Shown piece after piece: positions 39,001 through 48,000 of a stretch of 64,000 bases of DNA. The DNA comes from Actinomycetota bacterium. GTDB lineage: Bacteria; Actinomycetota; Acidimicrobiia; Acidimicrobiales; Ilumatobacteraceae. The notes below the pieces were generated by a model, which was given only the letters and a program-made list of their open reading frames with translations, had not been told where the DNA came from and made no database searches. Location: assembly GCA_009703125.1 (NCBI GenBank), contig WLGS01000001.1, positions 29,860 through 93,859 on the forward strand. Direction: 5' to 3'. Position numbers and translations under genes: made by a program. Within the stretch, counting starts at the first letter, position 1. Each line of letters begins with the position of its first letter.

Positions 39001-42000
39001 AGTTCTGTACATTCCATTACTGGTTGATGACTGAATACTTATCACTCGAGGTGCTGCGGTATCCACAGCAATACTCAATGAACTCGATGTGTTAAACACT
39101 CCACTTGCGTTGCTAAAGGCTCCGGCATCAACGGAGATTTGTGCTGTCCCTGAAAAACCCAAACTTGGAGAGAACGAAGCGGTGTACGACATCCCAGATC
39201 CAGTAAAGCCACTAATTGTTCCTCCGCTAGTAGCCACATCGTCAACGCCGAAGTCTGTACTTGCTTGATCGAGAGTAAAAGTGATCACCGCCGTGCCGGT
39301 GCCGCCTAATGTCGCAGCACTAGATGTGATGGAGACAACAGGGTTGCGGTTGTCAAGTGTGTATGTCTGCGCGACGCCTGTGGGAACAATTCCAGTTAGA
39401 GAGTTTCCTGCAATATCGGTAACAGTGGGATTTGCAACAAAGCCCAATCCCACAACACCGTTAAGTGACGCAAGGTCCCCTCCACTCACCGTCGCGTCAT
39501 ATGAGCCAAGAGTTCCGCTCACCATCGCTATGCGCGACACCGTTGCAGTTGAACCAGTAACTACAAAGTCACTGCTATCTAACCCACTGACGGGTTCTGA
39601 GAATGTCAGGCGGAAGGTAAGTGCATCAAGTCCAGTTGTCTGCGAGGACGGTGCCTGTCGAAGAACGCTGGTAAAGGTTGGCGCTGTTGTATCGATGTTG
39701 ATGGTTAGCTCAGAAGAAACACCTGACGATCCAGTTTTCACTCCAGACACAGTGGCTCGTGCCCTAAAGGTACGAAGACCCGGCGTCAGATTCGATGATG
39801 GCGAAAATGAATACGCACCAAAGCTGTCCGCGACAGTCGATCCAAGTGGAGTGCTGCTGCCATCCATGAAAATGAGAACTGTTGCACCAGCATCTGCAGC
39901 ACCTGTAATCAATGGCGTGAGATCACTCGTAGGGGTGACACCAGTTATCGAAGGTGTCACCACCATGATGGGAATGGGAAGAATCCATGACACCACGTCA
40001 GATGCAGGGCTCTCGTTTCCACGTAGGTCAATAGCAGTGACGTAGTAGTAGTACGTGAGTCCACGACCTACGGCAATGTGTTCAAAAGCGCTCACACTGT
40101 CGTCCACACTGCTCAGAACACTGAAGGACGACTCACTAGCGCAACTTGATGCGACAAGGCCAGAACACGAATAAATCCTGTACTTGAATAAATCTGTTTC
40201 AACATTGTCTGCCCAATCAAGTGCGATGCCATCAATACCTGATGCCGAAAGAACAGTCGGCTTCAAAGGAACAGCGCCGTCAATAGAGAGCAACTTGCTG
40301 CCCGCGAGAGAATCACTACTTCCAGGAACAGGAAGCGTGACATCAGCGTTGTTTCCGACACGGTCTCGGATAGTTCCACCATTAAGTGCAAGCGATGTCG
40401 TGTCTTTCACATCAAGAGCCGAGATGAGATCACCGGTTGCCACCACGTATCTAAATGACAACGTGGATGATCCACTTCCAGATAGGTAATTGACTGCTAC
40501 ATCGCGAGTTCCCGCATTCAATGTGAGAGTTGGTGTACCGGTCACAATGACCGCTTCTGAAAATGCAACGTTGACGATTACTTCTCTTTCCGCAAGATAA
40601 TTACCTGCAGGGTTTGGAGAAGAAATACCCGAGACCACAGGAACGGTGTTATCCACCGAATAGCTAATGGTCAAAGAACCGGCACCGCTTTGATGTCCCC
40701 GAGTATGGACTGGCACCGCAACTTCTGGCGCTGTGTAGCTAGAGCCACCGCCGCCACCGGAGTAGCCGCCTGTTGCAATTCGAGCAAGTTGCGGTGATCG
40801 ACCTGCAGCCCAACCTCCCCAGTAGCCGCCGCCTCCGCCACCAGATGCAGGTGTTGAAGCAACGCCGCCGGTACCAAGAGCATTTCCGTAAGTTTGTGAT
40901 CCTCCGAAACCAGAACAGTTGCCATCAATTCCATTTCCGCAACTGTTGCTGACTCCTTCACCTGCGATGAGTCCACCACCGACTCCGCCAGTTCCAGTGG
41001 AGTGGCCACCGCCGCCACCGCCGCCAGCAACAATTATTCGTGTTGCCAATGACCCAGCCGTGCTCCACAAACTTGGACCGTTCACAGTTCCCGTAGTCGC
41101 TGAACTTGCAAGCGAGGCAACTCCTACCGCATAAGAAAATGTTGTTGTTGTCGGAACTGCAGTGACTGTGAATGTTCCGTCATATGGCGTTCCGACTCCT
41201 GCCACAATGACCGTGTGCCCCACACTGAAACCGTGTGGGCTTGTTGTTGTCAACGTTGCCCTACTTGACTGCACAATTCTGTTCGTCACGTTGAACATGT
41301 TGCGACGGATATCAGTAGCACCGCCGCCGCCGCCACCAGATGTTGCACCGGATCCATTACCGCCACCATTCCAGCCGCCAACGTTGCTATTACCTGCACC
41401 ACCGACGTATCGATACAAGGTTTCGCCGGGTGTCACCGGAATCGCTCCTTGAGTGCGACCGCCCCTACCACCTACGGCGGGATTTCCTGCTCCACCTTGT
41501 CCGCCCATGGCGTCAACTTGAAGCCACGACACTCCCGTAGGTACAACAAAAGGAACCACAGATCCTGAGAAAGAAGTAGTGACCGTAGTTAATGCTGTGG
41601 GAGTAGCTGTGACATCGCCCGATAGTGGCGCCTCACTGGTCACACCGTTAATTGTGACGATGGGCGCGATGCGATAAAAGTACGGTGTCTCATTTGTAAG
41701 GCCGGTGTGTGAATAGCCAAGTGTTCCTGTTGGCACCGTTGCTAACAGTGTGGTGGGGTTCGCGGCAGTTCCCCCGTATACGCGATAGCCCGTTAACGAA
41801 GTGAGGAATGATTCGTTCCAGCTCACGGATACTGCTCTATCCAGAGGAGTTGCTTGCACGCCTGTCACGATGGGTGAAGAAGACCACGCAATCTCCATGA
41901 GTCCATCTCCAGAAATGATTCCTTGCGCATGAAACACAGAAGTCACTTCGGGTGCGGTGTAGCTGGAACCTCCGCCACCACCTGAGTAGCCGCCTGTTGC

Positions 42001-45000
42001 AACTCGATCTAGTTGCGGGGATCGACCTGCTGCCCAACCACCCCAGTATCCACCGCCGCCGCCACCAGATGCCGGTGTTGAGGCAGCGCCTCCGGTACCT
42101 AGAGCATTTCCGTATGTTTGTGATCCGCCATAACCAGAACAGTTGCCGTCAATGCCATTTCCACAACTGTTGCTTACACCTTCACCTGCGATGAGTCCAC
42201 CGCCAACTCCGCCAATTCCAGTGGAGTGGCCACCGCCACCGCCACCACCAGCCACAACCAAACGTGTTGCCAATGATGCAGGTGTGCTCCACAAACTTGG
42301 TCCACTCACAGTGCCCGTCGTCGCTGTTCCAGCAATCGATCCGACGCCGACCGCATAAGAAAAAGTTGACGTTGTGGGAACTGCAGTGACTGTGAATGTT
42401 CCGTCATATGGCGTTCCCACCCCTGTCACAATGACCGTCTGGCCCACACTGAATCCGTGTGGGTTTTGCGTTGTCAATGTTGCTGCGCTTGACTGCACAA
42501 TCTTGTTGGTCACGTTGAATACGTTGCGACGAATATCAGTAGCGCCGCCTCCGCCACCACCTGCTGATGCTCCAGTTCCATTTCCACCACCATTCCAACC
42601 ACCTAAGTGTTTGGAAGATGCCAGCAAGTCGCCGCCTTCACCGCCTACATACACATACAGTTTTTCCCCGGGGGTAACTGAAATTGCACCCTGGGTACGA
42701 CCACCTCGGCCACCGGCGGCGGGGTTGCCAGTACTTCCCATTGCACCATCTGCGGTCACAAAAATTTTGTTGACGTTTGCAGGAACAGTAAATATCTGCA
42801 CGGCATCAATGGCATTGAAAGTTTCACTGCTACTCAGCGACGGTGTGGCTGTCACTTCGGTGGATCTTTGAGATTCGATTGATCCAGAGACAATTGATAC
42901 GCGGTAGAAATACTGCGTTCCCATAGAAAGCCTGTTTTGTAGTTGTACAACACCTGTACTCACAGATCGTGAAGCAATGTTTGCTGATGTCACTGCGAAT
43001 GAAATCGTGGTTGCAGTCACTGCAGTGATAGTGCGAATTCCATTCAGCACCGAATGAACTCCACTAACCACCACGCGATTACCAACGGCCATTCCATGAG
43101 CCGTCGATGTCGTCACAACAGCGACATTGCTCGTCAGGGAGATGTTAGTTGCCACAAAACTTGGCCCGTGATGTTCAAAAGCATTCACCCCGTATGGCAA
43201 AGTCGCCAGCAACGTTGAAGGATTCTGTGTTGTTCCTCCATACACCTTGTACATCGACGCGCCAGAGATGTCCGATTCATCCCAACTGATTGCGTTGTAT
43301 CCACTCCACCCTTGTGCTTCAACGCCAGTTGGATATGCACGCGTGGGAACCGACAAAATCAAAGAACCATTCCCCGTGTTGTATCCACGAGTGTGCATTA
43401 CTCCTGCGATTGTCCGGGTATCTGTATTCGAAAGCGCCGTCGCGGTTGAGAAGCTTGAGCCGCCACCGCCACCTGAGTAACCGCCAGTTCCAACACGAGC
43501 CAACTGTGGAGATCTACCCGCAGGCCAACCACCCCAATAGCCACCACCGCCGCCACCAGATGATGTAGTTGCTGCGTTGCCGCCGGCTCCGAGAGCATTT
43601 CCATACGTCTGTGATCCACCAAGACCCGAACAGTTGCCGTCGATTCCATTTGCACAACTGTTGCTGACGCCTTCACCTGCAACGAGCCCGCCACCGATGC
43701 CACCGATACCAGTGGAGTGGCCACCGCCACCGCCACCGCCCGCTACTACGACACGAGTAGCAAGAGATGCCTCAGTGGCCCAGGCACTTGGACCAGAGAC
43801 GGTTCCTGATGATGCACGTCCAGTAAGCGTTCCGGTGGACACTGGATATGAGATTGTTTTTGACGCGGCATTGATAGCTGTGAGCACAAAAGTTCCGTCA
43901 AATTCACTGCCCACGCCCGCCACGATGACTCTGTTGCCAACACTGAGCCCGTGAGTTTCTGCAGTTGTCAAAGTGGCAATGCTGTTCTGAATGATCTTGT
44001 TCGTGACAACTAATTTGTTACGACGAATATCAGTAGCTCCGCCGCCGCCACCACCCGCGTTCACGCCAGAGCCAGAGCCACCACCATTCCAACCACCCAC
44101 GTGTTGTGTATTGATACGGTCTCCACCACCTCTGCCACCGACATAGATGTACAACTCTTCCCCAGGAGTTACAGGAATGGCTCCTTCAATTCGGCCACCA
44201 TTGCCACCGACGGCTGGTGCACCCGCACCACCTTTTGCACCTTGTGCATCAAATTGCAGCCAAGACACACCAGGAGGAACTGCGTATGTCTGCACCGTGT
44301 CTGTCGCACCAAAGGACACATCTTTAGTGAAAATTGGTGTTGCGTATCTCTGCGTAGATGACGCAGATTCACACGCCGTGTTACATGGACGCGTGGCATC
44401 GGTAAAGATTGCAGAAATCTCGTAGTAATACGTGGTGTTGATGTCGAGGCTCTTGGTGAGCGACACAACACCAGTGGGAGTCACCGCGGCAGAGGCAATG
44501 TTGGCATGCACCACCGAATATCGCAGCGTGGTGCCAGTGGTTCCTGTAGTTGCAATGTAGGTGCCGTCGAAAGGTGCACCCACCCCTTGCACAAGAATTT
44601 CAGATCCCACAGAGATGCCGTGGGCAGTTGCTGTTGTCAACGATGCAACATTCGATGTGATTGCTCTTGCAGTGACTGCAAAGGTATTGCCGTGGTGATT
44701 GAAGCTTTGTGTCAATCGTCCTGGAATATCAATTGTCCGGTTCAACACTCCTTGGGAGGTTCCCCATGAGATTCTGTAGCCGGTTACTGCAGCTTGTGGC
44801 GATGGAGTCCAGTTGAGCATGACTTGAGCCTGAAAACCGTATGCATCAAATTCATTCGGCGCACTGAGCGATCCGCCCTCTGGAGCAAAGATGCTGATCA
44901 AGCCGTTACCTGCGCGTGCACCTTGTGTATGACTGACAAACCCAGCGCCAGGCACCGTCCAACTGGACCCGCCGCCACCGCCGGAATAGCCACCGGTGCC

Positions 45001-48000
45001 CACACGATTTTGTTGCGGCGATTGACCCGATGCATATCCTCCGTAATACCCACCGCCACCGGCACCGCCATTAGTAGATGGCGCCGAAGCGCCCACGCCT
45101 AATGCGTTACCAAAGAATTGCGATGCACCAAGACCAGAGCAGTTCCCGTCAATTCCGTTTGCACAACTATTGCTCACGCCTTGACCAGCTACAAGACCAC
45201 CACCTGCACCACCAGCATGGACTGTATGCCCAACACCACCACCGCCACCGGCGACAATGAGACGAGTAGAAAGATTCGCAGTTGTTAGGTTGCGAATGAC
45301 TGCACCGGTCTTTGCTGCAAAGGCGATATCAAGTTCTGTTTTTGCGTAGGTGAAAGTGGTTGTTGTTGGCACCGCAACAACTGAATATGTGCCGTCATAC
45401 GGAGCACCCACACCTGCAACAACCACAGAGTTGCCCGCAACAAATCCGTGTGGCGAGGCAGTAGTGAGAGTCACCACGCGTGAAAGCAACGAGGCTCCCG
45501 TCACTGTTATTCCTCGTCGAATATCAGAGGCTCCACCGCCACCGCCACCTGCTCCCGTACCAAGGCCAGTTCCGCCGCCATTCCAGCCAGCGACAGTGGA
45601 CACTTGAAAGCGTGCCGGATGATTGTCGCCGCCACCGCCACCAACAAAAACAAACAATGTTTCACCCGGAACTACCGGAACTGTTGCAGAAACATGACCA
45701 CCCAAACCGCCTTGCGCAGTCATGCTTCCGCCTTGTGCACCGAATGCACTGACATTTATCCTTGAGACTCCAGCGGGAACGGTGTAGGACTGAATTGATT
45801 CAGTGAATTCAAAGTTTGTTGTTGCAGTAAAACGCGGGAAGTCTGACACTTCGGATGAAAACTCCGATAAACATTCAGTTCCACAATCCTGGTTCACATC
45901 TGTATAGACAGTTGCAATGGAATAGAAGTACGGCGTACCCATTGTGCGACTTGCATGCGTGTACTCAGATGTATTTGCACCGGAAACATTTATGACCTCT
46001 GTGAGAGCGCCTGATGACGTACCCCATCTAATGCGATAGCCAGTTGCTTCTTTGTTTGTTGACGGTGTCCATGCGACATGAACGCGATAGTTCCAACCAG
46101 TTGCAACAAGGTTTGTGGGCGCCGGGATTGTTGCGTCTTGTGCTGTTGTGATGGTGAGTGCGCCGTTACCCGCATTTTCTCCCCGCGTGTGGGCAACAAA
46201 TTGAATACTGGATGCGGTCCAACTAGATCCGCCGCCGCCACCCGCGTAGCCAACGCTTCCATCGCCACCCCAGTAGCCGCCACCACCGCCGCCGCCACTA
46301 GTGGCACCACTTCCGCCGAGGCCAATGCCTCGAGAGCCTGCTGTTTGTGTGCCGCCGTCACCGCCTAGATGGCTGCTGAAATTGGCTCCTGCCGCACCTT
46401 GCAGACCACCGCCAGCACCACCTTCTGCATGAGATCCGCCGCCACCGCCGCCGCCGGCAACAAGAACGCGACGTGAAAGTCCAAATGCAGGGTTCGAGAA
46501 CAACACCGCACCATCTACTGATGCAGAAGCGATGTTTGCACTGGTTCTTGCATAGGTAAAAGTTGTAGTTGTAGGGGCAGAAGCAACGGCGTACGTCCCG
46601 TTGTAGACATCACCAAGTCCAGTAATCACCACTTGGTTGTTCACAGCAAAACCATGAGGCTCAGAAGTGGTCAGTGTGACGACATTGCCAGTTAGGGCAG
46701 CGTTTGTCACGGTGAAGCCTCGTCGAATATCTGTCGCACCGCCGCCACCACCGCCGGTACCAGTACTTACTCCACCACCGTTGTAACCAGCAACAATGCT
46801 GGATCTAAAGGTGAACGGGTAATTGTTTCCGCCACCACCGCCGACGTAAATGAACAATGTTTCACCAGGCGTCACGGGAACTGTTGCAACTACTCGCCCA
46901 CCTCGACCGCTAGCCATAGTTGCATTATTCGCACCAGCTGCACCTCGCGCATCAACGCGAATTTGGGTGACGCCCATAGGCACTTTGTAGGTCTCTGGTG
47001 CTTCAACGAACTCAAAATTTTGTGATGTCTCAAAGCGACCGTCGACGGTAATCGCAGATGAATAGGCAGATAGACAAAAACTGCCACAAGGTTGTGAGAT
47101 ATCTGTGTAGATCGAGGCAATGCGGTAGTAATACGTTTGTCCAACTGGCAAATGAGAGGTTCGCTGCACGAGGCCAGTGGGCCTCACTACGCTCTCCACA
47201 ACTGAAGTTCCTGCCAACGCATAAGTAAAGGTGCGCGCTGTGGGCACAGTTGCCACACGAACAATCCCATTAAACAGAGAATCAACTCCACTGATTGAAA
47301 TTTCTTGACCCACTACTAGGCGGTGATCAACAGCGGTGGTCAAAGTTGCCACAGTGGCAGTCTTAGCTTTAGACACAATTGAAATGGGTGTGGCTGAGTG
47401 TGTAAAGAAATTTGTGTCTCCTCCACTCACATCAAATTGATTCACGATTTGGGTGGGATCGGTTCCCCATCTGATGCGATACCCCGTTACATCATCGAGT
47501 GGTGGAACAACCCACGTGAGTTCGCTCGAACGTGACCAGCCCTTTCCTGCGAATTGTGTGGGAGGAACCATCGTTGTTGTTTGAGGAATGCGCACGCGTA
47601 TTGAAGCACCACCAGTGGCAACAGCAGGTGTGTGAGTGATCCCATACACACCTGTGCCAGTGAACGATGAACCACCGCCGCCACCTGCGTATGCGGCACC
47701 ACCAGCTCCGCCCCAAAATCCGCCGCCGCCGCCGCCTGCAGCGGTAGTGCCACCACTACCCGCTCCGACGGCACTTCCCGTTGACTGCGTTCCCGCGGCA
47801 CCACCGAGGTTGCCTCCATGTGGTGCACCTGCCGATGCGATGAGTCCGCCACCTGATCCACCACCTGCGTGCGATCCTGCACCGCCGCCACCACCTGCAA
47901 CCAGAACTCGCCGTGACCAGCTCGAAGATGGCACTGCTTGAATGACTGCGCCCGTCACAGTTGCTGATGCAACGTTCGCATGTGTTCGCGAATAGGTAAA

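Noticed and set aside
40919-41134. Pro-rich plus-strand ORFs (40919..41134, 42143..42358, 43577..43954, 47636..47941) that look like repeated proline-rich proteins.
   Set aside because: They are the reverse complement of the Gly-codon runs (GGN read as NCC) in the glycine-rich modules. Their periodicity simply mirrors the module repeat.
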